DNA of 64,000 bases from Camelus dromedarius. Taxonomy: Eukaryota. The stretch lies in the NCBI RefSeq assembly GCF_036321535.1, contig NC_087436.1, forward strand, positions 115,074,001 through 115,138,000. Reading direction: 5' to 3'. Positions 38,060-50,899 of this stretch are shown here, piece by piece (the stretch's first letter is position 1; each line of letters begins with the position of its first letter). The notes under the pieces were generated by a model, which made no database searches, was not told where the DNA came from, and saw only the letters and a list, made by a program, of their open reading frames with translations. The position numbers were made by a program, and so were the translations under genes.

Positions 38060-40150
38060 ACTTTGTTCTTCCCTTACCATGATGTGGGAAAGCAGTTCAT
38101 GAGGCGGGATGAGCCTCCTGATTCTGGGGCTGGGAGGATTCAGGAAGACCAGAGAGCAGGAAGGAACTCTTCCTCCTGGGGTGCCAGTAGGAGACTGGCT
38201 GCAGGCTTGCTGCCACCTACTCCAGCCATGGAGGTGCGGAGTGTTTATCTTTCCTTGCTGCTGCATAGGACCAGTAGCAAACTCCAACAAACACCACACA
38301 CACACACAAATACACTTTTAAGGAGGTCCACCTACCAGAGAAGAGGGACCTCTGATCCACCAAATCAGGAACAGAGCAAAACAGAATTGCTGGAGGCAGC
38401 CAACAACTTGAACCTATAAGAGCATTTCAGGATTTTCATGCAGCAAAAGTCATGCTTTTGAACAGTAACAACAAAACTTAATAGGCAAACTGAAAAGACA
38501 AAAAAAGGAGCAGATACTGTCAAAATCTGAGCTTGTGACCTAGATAACCAGATGAAAGAACTGCCTGCATGCACATAGCAAAACTCAAAGAGACGGAAAT
38601 CATAAGGGAAATGATAAGCGCTAAGAAGACCTAAGATGCACATACTAAGACTTCTGCATAGCATCTAATAGACGTACGTAGGACAGGGAATAATCCTGAT
38701 AGGGAGAAATTCTCTTGATTTGAAAAAGCAACTGAGTCTTCAGAATAAAAGGGAGGTTTGATGAAAAAAAAAAGATATTTAGACATAGCCTGATAAAATT
38801 TATGAATTTTCAGGATAAAGATGAGAAGATTTTCCAGACACAGAGAGCAATTTAGCTGAAAGGAAAACAAATCTGTTTGTTAACTGGACAGCTTACACGA
38901 AAGAGGGGAAAACAGAAGATGATGGAATGCGATCTACATATACTGATGAGAAGGGAACTGATGCTCTTGTATACCCACAGTTTCCTGATCAAAGGCAAGG
39001 CATTCGCAGCTATTGAGAGACTCAGAGCCCGCTACTCACTCCTACCACTGAAGAAATTACTAAAGGAAGGATTCTGACCAAACAGCAGAATGAGAACCAA
39101 GATCTCAAAGCCGTAGTAGCTGAAGAGGAAAGGGCACAAGCGTGAGGTGATTGTATATTCCTTCCACTTCTGTTTTCATCTTTGATAACTTGTAGGAGAC
39201 GCCAACTGAATTCCCACATTTCCTCAGCATCTAAGGTAATGAGAATCATGGACACGTCCTAAAGTAAGTGTATGAAGTCAGCAACCTAATAACAAGATCT
39301 GATAAATGTAATTCAAAAAAGAAAAAACAAAAAAGTACCATCTCGTGGGATTCAACCACAGGCAGTGTAGCTCAGGGCCTGCATTCTTAAAACATTTGTA
39401 AAAGCAATTAATATACACAAGTCAATGGCAAATCCAAACGATTAACAGGCACATGTAAGAAAGCTCACATTCCCTTGTGGTTGTGTGAATGCAGACTAGA
39501 GTACACAACACATTACTTTCCATAATTAGTCCAAGACATAGACACATGTATCACATATAGTATGTGTCATACAATGCATTATATACATAATAATAATGTG
39601 TATTTTTTGAGGATACAGAGAAAAAGTATATCACACATAACGGGTGGGTATGAATTATTACGCTTTTTGAGGAATGCATTCAGGCAACATTTATTACTAA
39701 TCAGTATATGTACAATTTTTAAGCCAGCAGTGTCACTCCTTGGAACGCATTCTGTAACAATTAAATAGCAATGCATATAAAGATGTGCATGTAAATAAAT
39801 CTATTGCAGACTCTTCAGAGTGAGAAAAATAGAAATATTGACTGTTTATTAACAGTTGAGAACTTGACTAAGTTATTTCTACCATGGGATACAACAGTCC
39901 AACAAAAGGAGTAAATCAAGGCCGTACTAGTTCACTAGGAGGCATTTCACAATATTTTTTGAATAAAAAGCAAGAGTCAGTGTAATACGCACAACATGGT
40001 TCTGTATTTATAAAACAGTGACAACATTGCCCTATATGTTTATAGGTGCATGTATGTGTGTGTGTATATATGTTTATATGTATATGCACATAGGTGTCTC
40101 CATACGATTATATGACCATGGAGACAATACAGAAGGATATATAAATTATT
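38060..40150 (+). mobile_element. Highly decayed ancient L1 (5'/ORF1-like, then 3' fragments)
   Basis: A-rich, L1-like word usage. Subfamily not assignable. Confidence 0.45.
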
Positions 40151-40589
40151 TACATAAGTTAACTGAAGAAACGAAAGACGTGGATGAAGAAGGTTGGTGC
40201 AGAACATCGTATGTTGCTAATCTCAACAATCTGCACCCTGTCAGTTTAGACTCTGAAAATGAGAGACATTTGCACACTATCTGGAAGAAGAAAAGAAAGA
40301 AAAGCCCTTATTCTCCACCGGGAGAACCTGTCAGGTATGTGGACAGGCTGCATTGTAAATTTTGCTATGGCTCCTTAGAAAGTTCCTGAGTATCATTTCC
40401 TTTGGTGGGCAAGCAGCTAAGATAACAAATGGTTCTTGTGATTCCTGCATTTGCTTATTTCCTAAAAACCAGTCATGGTTCTACCCAACTTTCATGCTCC
40501 AGTGGTTTTGGAAACATCTAACCCCTTGTGATAAATCTCCTTCCGGTAAGATACATAGAGTGGTTTCCCTTTATCTGATTGAACCCGTT

Positions 40590-41090
40590 TTCTGTTGCCA
40601 CAATTATCATGGATTATAAATGATCTCAAAACCTCATGGCTTTACAGAGTGAACATTCATTATTGCTCACGAGTCCATAGATCAGCTGGTTCTTCAGGTC
40701 CATCCCAGGCTAGACTGATCTCAAGTGAGCTCGTTCATGTATTTGAGGTCAGCAGATGTGTCAGCTGGGGCTAGATGGTCCAGGATGGCAGTTCTAGGGT
40801 GAGGCTCTTCCATTTGGTCTCTCTTTATCCATAAGATTAGCTCAGGCTGTTCATATTGCAGCCACATTAGTTCAAGAGAGCAAAAGGAATGACAACCTCT
40901 TGAGGCCTAAGTAGAATCTGTGCATCATCACTTCTGCCACATTCTGTTGGTCACGGTAAGTCACAAGGATTCAAAGCATAGGAAACAAATACCATCTGGT
41001 GTAGAGAGAGGCTGCAGAGATGCATTGCAAAGAGTGCAGATACAGAGAAGAATGAAGAATTGTGCTATTTTTATTACCAATTGATCACAC
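40590..41090 (-). mobile_element. MLT1-family LTR
   Basis: catcacttctgccacattctgttggtca...gtcacaagg...gattcaag. Confidence 0.75.
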
Positions 41091-41399
41091 TGTCCAGACT
41101 TTCTGATATGGAGATATGGAGGTTGAGTGTAGGAAAACAAACACCTAGAAAAAACTCGACACTTATGACATAAACTCACTTTTTAACTTATATGAAATTA
41201 TACATGTTTATATGTGTGTGCTTAAAGAAGAACTTTAAACTTAAATGTTTTAAGAAGAGAGAAAAAGCAAAAACCTTTTGATTCAGGTAGTTTCTTTACA
41301 GAACAGGAGTGCAAATGCAATCATGAGGCAAAGTTTCTAAGGAGTGAGTGAGTTTAGAATTCCAGGTAAAACAGGAAGAAGACATCTGAGTTCAGACTG

Positions 41400-42260
41400 A
41401 AGTGTTAGGAGAATAATGTTATGAAAGAAGAAGAAGTAGGCAGGACTCAGGTAATACAGGGCTTTGTGAGTTAGAATAAGATAAGGATTTGTGGGAAGGT
41501 TTTAGTGGGGGAATATTAAATATGGAAAGTATCATTTTGCCCACTGCCTCAGGAGCAAATGCAAGAGGATGTGAGAAAAGATAAGACATGGGTTAGGAGA
41601 CTATTTGCATAGTCAGATGAGAGATAATGATGGCCAAAAGATTACTGTTTCTAGTGAAGATAGTGAGGACTGAATGGACTGGGTTACGCTATAAAGTAGT
41701 AAATTTAACAAGACTTGCTGATATCAGACTTGGAAAGAGAGGAATTAATCTAACTCCTAGATTTTTCGCTTGGAAAATATGGGACTTCTGCAGCCATTCA
41801 GTCAGATGAGAGCATTTGGGGAATCAGCAGATTTGGAAGAAAAAAAAAATCATGTTTTCTCCTTTGATCATAGTAAGTTTGGAATGATGATATAGGATCT
41901 AAATGGAAATAAAAAGAAGGAAGTAGAGCATATAGGTGTGAAGTTTCCCGAAGAGGTAGGGCTAGAAATTTATCCAGTATATGCTGTTGAATGGCACAGG
42001 AGTGGTTGAGATAATCTACGAGAGTGCAGGACAGAGAAAAGAGAAGCCAGCATGTGGAGTGCCATCAAAAGACTCTTAAAAGAGGCAAATGAATTAGGAG
42101 TAAAACTAGAACAGTCAAGTGTCACAAATTCCAAGAGAAGTAAGTATTTAAAAGAGAATGGAATTGTCAAATGTATTACAAATTGATGGGGGATCGAGTT
42201 CAATAATAATGAAGAGGAAACCATTGGATTTGACATTGGGGGTCACCTTGGCAAGGACCA
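41400..42260 (-). mobile_element. LINE-2 fragment
   Basis: gttaggagactatt...gagataatgatgg...ccattggatttg pattern. Confidence 0.65.
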
Positions 42261-42590
42261 CGGGTGAAGATAGAAGTGGAGATGGTGGAAATATTGTGTG
42301 TCGTGGTTATGGCAACAGCTACCAGAGACTGATTTCAAGTTTGGTGGTAAAATTTTTCAGAGATAATAATTTTGCAGGGTCATAATGGGAGGGGGATGCA
42401 TGTTCGAGACAGGAAAGTTTTTAAACAAATAACGTGCTAAATAAATCAGGTATAGTTGCTCATAGCGATGGCCCAATAGAAATGGAGACATTTATGATGC
42501 AGGGGATTCTTAACGAGAGGACAGGCAGATAAAGAGAAGGAGAAGGAGAAAAGAGATGGAATTCAGAGAAAAGTGGGTCCATTGGCCTTT

Positions 42591-42689
42591 TTTTTAAAAA
42601 AAGATGTATATTTATTTTCATATTCTTTCCCATTATAGGCTATTATAAGGTGTGGAAGATAGTTTCCTGTGCTATAAAGTAGGAGATTG
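42591..42689 (-). mobile_element. Very short L1 3' insertion
   Basis: ttttcatattctttcccattatagg...tcctgtgctata. TSD cca(t/c)tggccttt at 42579-42590 / 42690-42701. Confidence 0.8.
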
Positions 42690-45600
42690 CCACTGGCCTT
42701 TGATGGAAGCAGGGACACTGTCTACAGCACCAGAAAGGAGGACAGAAAAAAATGACTTTGCTGGAGGCAAAATGAAGGAGCTCCTCTTAATTGTGTCAAT
42801 AAGGAAGAGGCAAGGTTGTCAGGTGAGAACGAGGGCAGGAATGCTTCTAGGGGTCTCGAGAAAAGAAAGGAGCAGTGAAATAATATTTTGGAGATCGGAA
42901 AAGCAAATATACTTGGGAAATACATTAGATTTGGGGGGGCAATATTGAGAATCCCAGAATTTTGATTATGAATAGAATATAAGATAAATCAGCATGATTT
43001 TGTCTTTTTCTCCAGCAACCGTCCACTACTTAGGTGCATAAAGAGAAATAAACTATTCTTTTCTTTACCCAGAACTGGAATTTTTGCAGGAATAAAGGAA
43101 AAGCCAGAGGGGAAAGCAATGTATTTATATTTACAATAGTAAATAGTAATTATAAGACAGACAATGGAATCCAGTTGCTAAGAGGGAAGTGAAAAACAGG
43201 TGGAGAAGGAAGATGGATCATAGGAGAAGAGAATCTGGAATGATGGTAAGTGTGCTTGAATTTGATATTTCAGAGGTGGTGCAATTTTCATAACCACGAA
43301 AGTGGGTGGTTGTGGTGTGGGGAGACACTGGTGTGGGTCATCTGTATAAACAAGGAAGTCACTAAGAGTGGAAAAGAATACAGGGAGTCAGGTGCTAAGA
43401 CAATCAATGAACATGAAGGAATTAATGGGGATCCTCAGAGGGTCACAGTGGTAAAAGGAAGTGGGTATTAAAATCTGGTGTCACAAGCCTCCAAGAATCT
43501 TGGGATTTTTAAGGAACATGGAGGAGACATAATTTGGAAGGCAAAGGGGACCAAAGAGATCACCTGTGTTTCTTGAAGTGTTTCCTGGGGTATTTGAGAA
43601 TAAGTAGCCTTTCCTGGAGAGGGCCTCATCCCTGGTGGCAAGAGATATTCCATTTTCCTCAGGGAACTTCTTCTTGGGGCGGCTGGAATAAGAGAATTTG
43701 TTATGACCAGACTGGTGATGTCAGGGGACAGTCAGAGTCAGTAAATATTTGAGAGATGGCTGAAGATAAAGGAGGGTTGGGCCACACTCACCTAGTTTCT
43801 CAACCTGAAATCACCAGTTAGGTAGTCACTCCTTCTTCCTCGAGGTTTAGAGTTGACAGGAAGGTTGTGCTGTGGTAGCTCTTCTCCCATGAAGGTGACA
43901 TCGGAAGGAGAACAGACTGTCCCCTTAACTTAACATGGAGCGTGACAGTCCTTGGTGAAAACTGGCTTCACTGGACAACTGAGTCTTTTGCATTATATTG
44001 TGATGTTTGCTATGGCGTTTAGATGGCCTATTTAATTGAGTGGCCTATTTAACAGAAGTAATTAGAGTTGTGATGACCTTTCTCCCTTGTTCACGTGTCA
44101 AATTACCGTCCATACAAACTCCTGCGTTTCCTCCAGGAGAACTCTGATTACTCCATGCTGTCTACTCTCCGTCTTTCCCTGGACCAATTACACCTCCTCT
44201 CTCACTGCTTCGTGTTACCTCTGGGCGAGATGCATGCTCTCTACCCTGCATGTGCACACAAAACTCTGCCTTCTACATTATTTCCTTGACTTTCTGGCTC
44301 TGAGACCCCTGGTGGTATTGATAAGAGATAAGAACTTTTTGTGTTTACACCCCAGGCATCTAGCAGAATTCCCAGCATATGTCAGGTTCCTACACCGGGA
44401 CTCAATCAAATGTTTGAATTGTGAAGATACTGTTGAATTCAATGAGATCTTTAGTTCAGTCCCAGAGGAAACAAAATTGACGAATTCTTTTAAACTAAAG
44501 GGGAGGGAATGGTAACAAATTCTAAGCAAATGAATGAAACAATTAGCAAAACCTCTTCAAAGAGCAGCCACATTTCTACTTTACATTTGAGAATTCAATG
44601 GCCCCAGATAAGGGATAGAGTGGATGTACGCAAGAAGACTGATCAATCGGTTGGAATGCCTAATGCGTTATCTGTGGAATGTCAAGAAATGAGTGACATC
44701 TACTGATTTGAAAGACTTAAACATTCTGTGACTCTTCCTTCATCTTTTTTCTTTACCCATATTCACATTAGGGGAGGAAAAAAAAAGTCTCTCTTTTTCC
44801 AGATGGTAGCATAAATTTTCAGGTCAAATGATATTAAAAATAGATAATAGCCAGGACCCCATGAGTCTCTGCAGAAAGACTAAACAGTCACAATGGGGAA
44901 TATCATTGTTTTGGTTTCCTTTATGAGCTTTTATGTACTCAGCTGCTTCTCAGGCAGACTTTTACTGCAGTGGGACCTGGATCGTTCTGAATTCCGGTTC
45001 CACATCACTTCCCAGGCTTTACACTCAGCCCCATGCCACACAAGTCAAGGGAAACAGCCTTACAGCTGCACTCCAGTTCTGAATGTGCGCTCCCCCAAGG
45101 AGCTGGCTCGGTTTGGCTCCTGGAGTCAGAATTCTGTACGTTTTGTCTCTAGGTGCTGATGCTTGTTATGTATTCTGCTGTCGTGTGGAACTTGGACTGA
45201 TAGAAACAAATGTAAAGGACAATCAAATGATTTCAAATCAAGTTAAAAAAATTCAGCAGTTTTGCTTAAAAATTACAGTGATTATTATTGATTCAGGCTA
45301 AGAATTATTCTTGGCTAATGTGCTTAATATACGTTTCAAATGCTCCTTTATTTCGGAAGCTTTCTCAAACCTTCTAACCCTCAAGTGATCTCATTGTTTG
45401 CACTTTCTAGAGTCCTATCGCTTCATCTGCTGTTACTTGGAAGTCCATGAAACACTTGCTCAGTAAAGCAGTCTACACCTCATTCTTTTTACTGTCCCTT
45501 TCAGTGGCTGACCATGAAGAATGGAGGCACTCAATTTAGGTTGGCTAAATTTTATTAAAGTAATCTGTGATATAGTCATAGTTTTCATGCCATAAATCTA

Positions 45601-46033
45601 AAAATCTTGAATTATTAATGTTTAACTCAAACTACCTTTTTATCGTTTTAATTAAGATCACCTTTTCTTTTATTAGCAATATTGTAGTGCTCATACTTAG
45701 AACTACTACTAAAATCAAAGGATGGGAACACAGATTAGAAATAGAATAAAACCAAATAATAAGTAAAATATTATCAAAGTTTCATAAAAGTCAAAGCTGA
45801 GAGGGACCCAAGAGATATCTTGAAGAGTATGCTTACTTTATACGTAAGAAATATGAGTCTTGACGAGTGAGTGACTTACACCAGATCACACAGTGAATCA
45901 TTGGTCGACTCTAGGCTAAACTAAGGTTTTAGGAGAAGCATTACCTCATGCAGTCAAACAGGTGTGGGTTTTCATGAAACTTCATTCCAATTCTGTATCC
46001 TTGGATAAATTATTCAAAATCCTCACGATTAAC

Positions 46034-46837
46034 TGTGATCTAAAATAAGAAATATAAATGTGGTCTTTTGTCCTCCTTTCTGTGCAGAGCTCCTAAAACC
46101 CTGGAATTTAAGTGAGCACAGCAATTAAAGTGCCTTTTGTTATGTTAATGAGGTGACTTTGTGGAAAGCAAGAGAGGTTGGAAGTTGGTTGCCAGGGGAA
46201 CCGACCACCTCCTTAGAAGTCTGGAACCTCCAGTCCTAAGACCCTGACCCCTGGGCAGAAGTAAGGGGTGGAGGTTGAATTGATGGCCAGTCGCCAATGA
46301 TTCAATCAATCCTGCCTATGTAGTGAAATCTCCATAAAAAATTCCAAAAGACAGGGTTCAGAGAGCTTCTGGGTTGGGGGACACATGGAGATTTGAGGAG
46401 ATAGGCTGGCTTGGAGACAGTGTGGAAGTTCTATGTCCTTTCTCCACGCCTTGCCCTACACACCTCCTCCATCTGACTGTTCCTGAATTTTATCTTTTAT
46501 AATAAACCAGTGATTCAGTAAGTGAAACGTTTCTTTGAGTTCTGTGAGCCACTCTAGCAAATTACTTGAACCTAAGAAGGGGGTCATTGGAACCTCCAAT
46601 CTATTGATGGTCTGTCAGAAGCAGAGGTGACAGCCTGAGCTTGCAGCTGTCTCTAAAGTTTGTGAGAGAGACAGTCTTGTGGAGCTGAGCCCTTAACCTG
46701 TGCGATCTGACCCTTTCTTTCCAGGTAGATCATATCAGAAGTGAGTTGGAGAGCAGCACACTCAGCTGGTGTCAGAGAATTGCCTGGTGGTGTAGGGAAC
46801 AGAATCACCAAATCAGAATTGGTGACCAGAATCCTTG
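46034..46837 (+). mobile_element. MER21-like solo LTR inserted in a MIR
   Basis: TG start, aatcaatcctgcctatg, aataaaccagt...gagttctgtgagccactctagcaaatt, gagcccttaacctgtg. TSD ttaac at 46029-46033 / 46838-46842. Confidence 0.85.
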
Positions 46838-47099
46838 TTAACTTTTTTCATTTGTAACACGTCACTAATGTTAACTCTGAAACATTTGTATGAGGGTAAA
46901 ATCATACAACATGTAGGAAAGCATCTGATTTTCCACAGTAGTTACTCAGTGCTTATTAACTGCTGTTTGAAGAATGTCTCACATAATTAAGTAGACGGCC
47001 ATATGTATACCTTCTAATATTTAATAAATATTTTCCTCTCTAATTCCTTCCTAGTGTGTGAAACCTTATGATCAAACAGTAGTGTTTTTTTTAACATGA

Positions 47100-47300
47100 T
47101 TATTATTTTTTATTGATGTATCAGTTTACAATGTTGTGTTAATACAGCATAACCCTTCAGTCATACAGTACATACATACATTTTCATATTCTTCTTTATC
47201 GTAGATTCTGACAAGATATTGACTAGAGTTCCTTGTTCTATGCAGTAGAAGCTTGTTGTTTACCTGTTTTATATCTAGCAGTCAGCCTCTGCAAATCTCG
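47100..47300 (-). mobile_element. Camelid-type L1 3' end
   Basis: ttttattgatgtatcagtttacaatgttgtg...ttttcatattc. Confidence 0.8.
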
Positions 47301-49874
47301 CAGTGCTCTGTCAAACAAGCATGGCTCTTTGTTCCCTAAGAAGTATGGGCAACAGACATGTCAACTGCTAACTCTAGTAGGACGACGACCTCACCCACAG
47401 CCCTCAGGAGGGACCACCCTAAATACATGCATAGCTTATGCTGCTGTTGATTATACCGTGGGCTACACTGGTCCAACCCGCCCAAGGATATTTTCTCAAA
47501 AGAATTAAGAACATGACACTGAGAGAAAGAGTTGATGAAAACTGTGGACTCCAGAACTAAGAAGTCATACAGAGTTGGGTCAAGTGTTTGCAGTGTGACA
47601 GGTGAAAACCCCAGAAAGGGCTTTGGGGAAAAAGCTGTGAATGAAACAGAGAAAGCCAGTTGCCAGACCAAAGGAGGAGACTGAAGGACTGGGAGGAGGG
47701 GCCCAACAGAATTAACAATACGGCTCTTGGAAAACTGAGATTGGCTTTGCCTTGTGAGATGGATCAGCGCTGTCCTACAATAAAGCATGCTTCACTTACG
47801 CTAGCCTGAGCAGACATTTTTTCTGGCAATCAAAATTTCATGCCAAGATCTGTGTATTAGTGGTACAGGTAACTTGTCAATGGCAAAAGGAGAACATAAA
47901 TGACTCATTCCAAATACCAGAAATATACTGGCACTGCTCACTGTAACTCACAGATGTTTACTTCAGGCTCTTTGAAATGTGACATCACTTAGCTTCTTCA
48001 CGTGTTTACAGGGTTTTGGCACAGGAAACAGCTCTTCCACCCTTCCCCCATCCCGATTCCGGCCCCTTCTTGTTCCTTCTCTGAATTCTTGAATGGTGAC
48101 CATGTGAGCTGCCACCCAAATGTGTGGTCTGAGCTGGCCTTTGAAGATTGCCATAAGGATCTTTGCTGACTTCTGCCCTGTGCTTTTATTTGGAACCCCT
48201 GGTTGGCTGTTTGCTTTCCTAAATGTTAGCAGACCCTGAGCTGATGAGTTTTAAGTGCCTGCAGTGATCAACACCAGATCCTTCTTGACCAGAGACTTTC
48301 AGTTTTGCATTTACTTTATATATCGAAACAATGAAATAGAACATGTCAAGACAGAGAGCATTCCATGTTCCTCCCTCCCTTCCCTGTTTCCTTCCTTTGT
48401 CCTTTCCTTCTTTTGTTTATTCTCTTTTTTTCTTTTTTTTCTTCCCTTTCATTCCCCCTCTCCTAGTTCTATAATTTCTCAGTTATGAACATAGCTGTGT
48501 GACGATAATTAACATTTACCTTTTCTCCATGGTTCAATGTTATATTCACTATAGAAAATATGAAAAGAGGAATACAAAAAAAAAAAAAATCAGAATTCTA
48601 CCATGTAGGACAATTAGAACTGACTTTTTGGTTTATCTCTTTTTTTTCCCAGTTTTGTCTCAGATATATTTATCTAAATCTCTCTCTATATATACATACA
48701 TATAGATAGAGAGAGAGAGAGAGAATGAACTGGTATAATAGTCTATACATTTTTTGTTTTCTATGTTTATCACTTCACTTATCATAGCATATTTTTCAAA
48801 GTCAAAAAATTCTTAAAAATCATCTTTAATGGCTGAATATTTTATCATGGTGATATATCAACATTCATTTAGTTACTTCTGTCCTTCAGCCAACTTGTTG
48901 TCTTATTTTTTCAGATACATAAAAATGTTATAATGAAGAGTTCTCATATCTTTGTAAATGAAAATTAATCCATAATTGATGTTCCCTAAAATAAAATAAT
49001 ATAAACAAATTGATAGGATTGTATCGTACAAACTTTTAAAGAGGTCTTGATGTGCATTTTCAGACTGTCTTTGAGAAAGTTTAGCACAAGGTAAATTTAA
49101 AGATACCATTAAAATGTACGTAGTTCAAATGTAAGGTAATTAGGTGTGATCACTAGTTATTAACTTGCCTGATAAATTATTCATGAGAACAAATGAACAT
49201 AAAAACATCCCGTTCCTCAATAACGCCAGTGAAATGCACCCTCAGAGTATTTATAGGAAGACAGCAGACAGCCCAGCTGGCATTTTATTCTTGAAAAATA
49301 GTGTCGGGAAACAAGAGGCGAGTATTGCTATGAACTTAGTGACCTACACGGAATCATGAAAAACCAAATTTCAAAACACTTTTGTCAGTGAAAGAGGTGG
49401 CAAAATAATTTCCATACATTTGAGTGGTAATGAGGAATAAACACAGGCCTGGAAGTCAGATGGATGGGGAGAGACCCACACGGAGGGCAGAGACAGACGA
49501 CTGATTGCTTTCCAGTTAACAAGGACGGCGTAAGCACAGAATCATCTCACTGTCCTGACTTTCTTACTTTTCAAAAGTGCTTACTATGTGTTTTTTTCCA
49601 CTGTATTAAACATGTTCATAGCTCCGTGTACTAATGAAAGCAAAATCTCTTTACTAAACTAAGAGAAAATCCCTGGTGTGAGTGTGAGCTAAAAACCACA
49701 TTTGCACAGAACCTGCATTTAGCTTCCCCCGTGAGGCAAGAACCCTGAACTCCTTACAGATGGTTTGATTCTGGGCTGAACACAAGAAAACAAGGTTGAG
49801 AGAGTGGCTAAAAGAAAGAGGCATGAACAGAGAAAAAGAATTTGGGGAGACTGAGCTGTCAACTAAAATCAAAA

Positions 49875-50215
49875 AGTGGAATCTGAAAAAAAAAAAAGAA
49901 AGACAAATGAACTTATTTACAAAACAGTAACAGACTCAGACATAGAAAAGAAACTTATGGTTACCAGAGCCGGGGGTGGTTACGGATAAATTGGGAGTTC
50001 GAGATTTGCAGATACTAACTATTATGTATAAAATAGATAAACAAGTTTATACTGTACAGCACAGGGAACTCTATTCAATATCTTATAGTAACCTATAATG
50101 AAAAAGAATGCGAAAATGAATATATGTATGTGGATGTATGACTGAAATATTATGCTGTACACCAGAAATTGACACAATATTGTAAACTGACTATACTTCA
50201 CTAATAAGAAAAAGA
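49875..50215 (+). mobile_element. Camelid-type L1 3' end
   Basis: gtggaatct...atgctgtacaccagaaattgacacaatattgtaaactgactatacttca. Confidence 0.9.
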
Positions 50216-50899
50216 ATACATGGGTACATTCATCACCACACATGAAGAGAATTGGGCAAAATACCTACAAGGACCTTTAAATGTTTGGAGTTTTTCCAGT
50301 CGATAATGGAAGCAGCTTCTACCCCGTACTGTGCACTATATGCTTTGAACATTTCTCCCAACAGAAAATGAAACTCGTATGTATGTATTCTTTAAAAAAA
50401 ATTTTTTTTAAAAGTTTAAATTGTTTGCTGAGCTAATATGAAAGGTTGAAATCTATAGGGGCCACAAAACAAGTGAAAGCCAGAGTTAAAGAAGTGGCAC
50501 ATTTGCTTTTCTCCCCTCGAGGATTGCTGTCAGATGCTGCGGGTCCTGGGGGCCCTTGATAACGGAGGCACTGGGTGTGCTGCCCAAAGCGGGGAGTGCA
50601 GCAGGAGACCCCTGTATACAGCTAGCACCCCAAATGATGGCATGTTTAATATGAGGATAAATGGTAAATAATAGTGCAAGAGCTGTGAATAAGGAATTTG
50701 CCTTACTCAACACTTCGTAAGTTAGTGCCTGCAAGATAGACAACCCTTGGATTAAGAGTCTGAATTCATGCTACCTACATGTCTAATCTTCAATTGGAGA
50801 ATTTAATTTAAAGCGTAATGAAATGATCGTGTTCAGGAGTTCCTGAGAGGAGTAAACAAAATTTATCTCTGGAGACATGATTTCAATTTTGGGCTCAAA

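Noticed and set aside
44023..44052. Direct repeat tggcctatttaa twice
   Set aside because: Short local duplication with no further structure.
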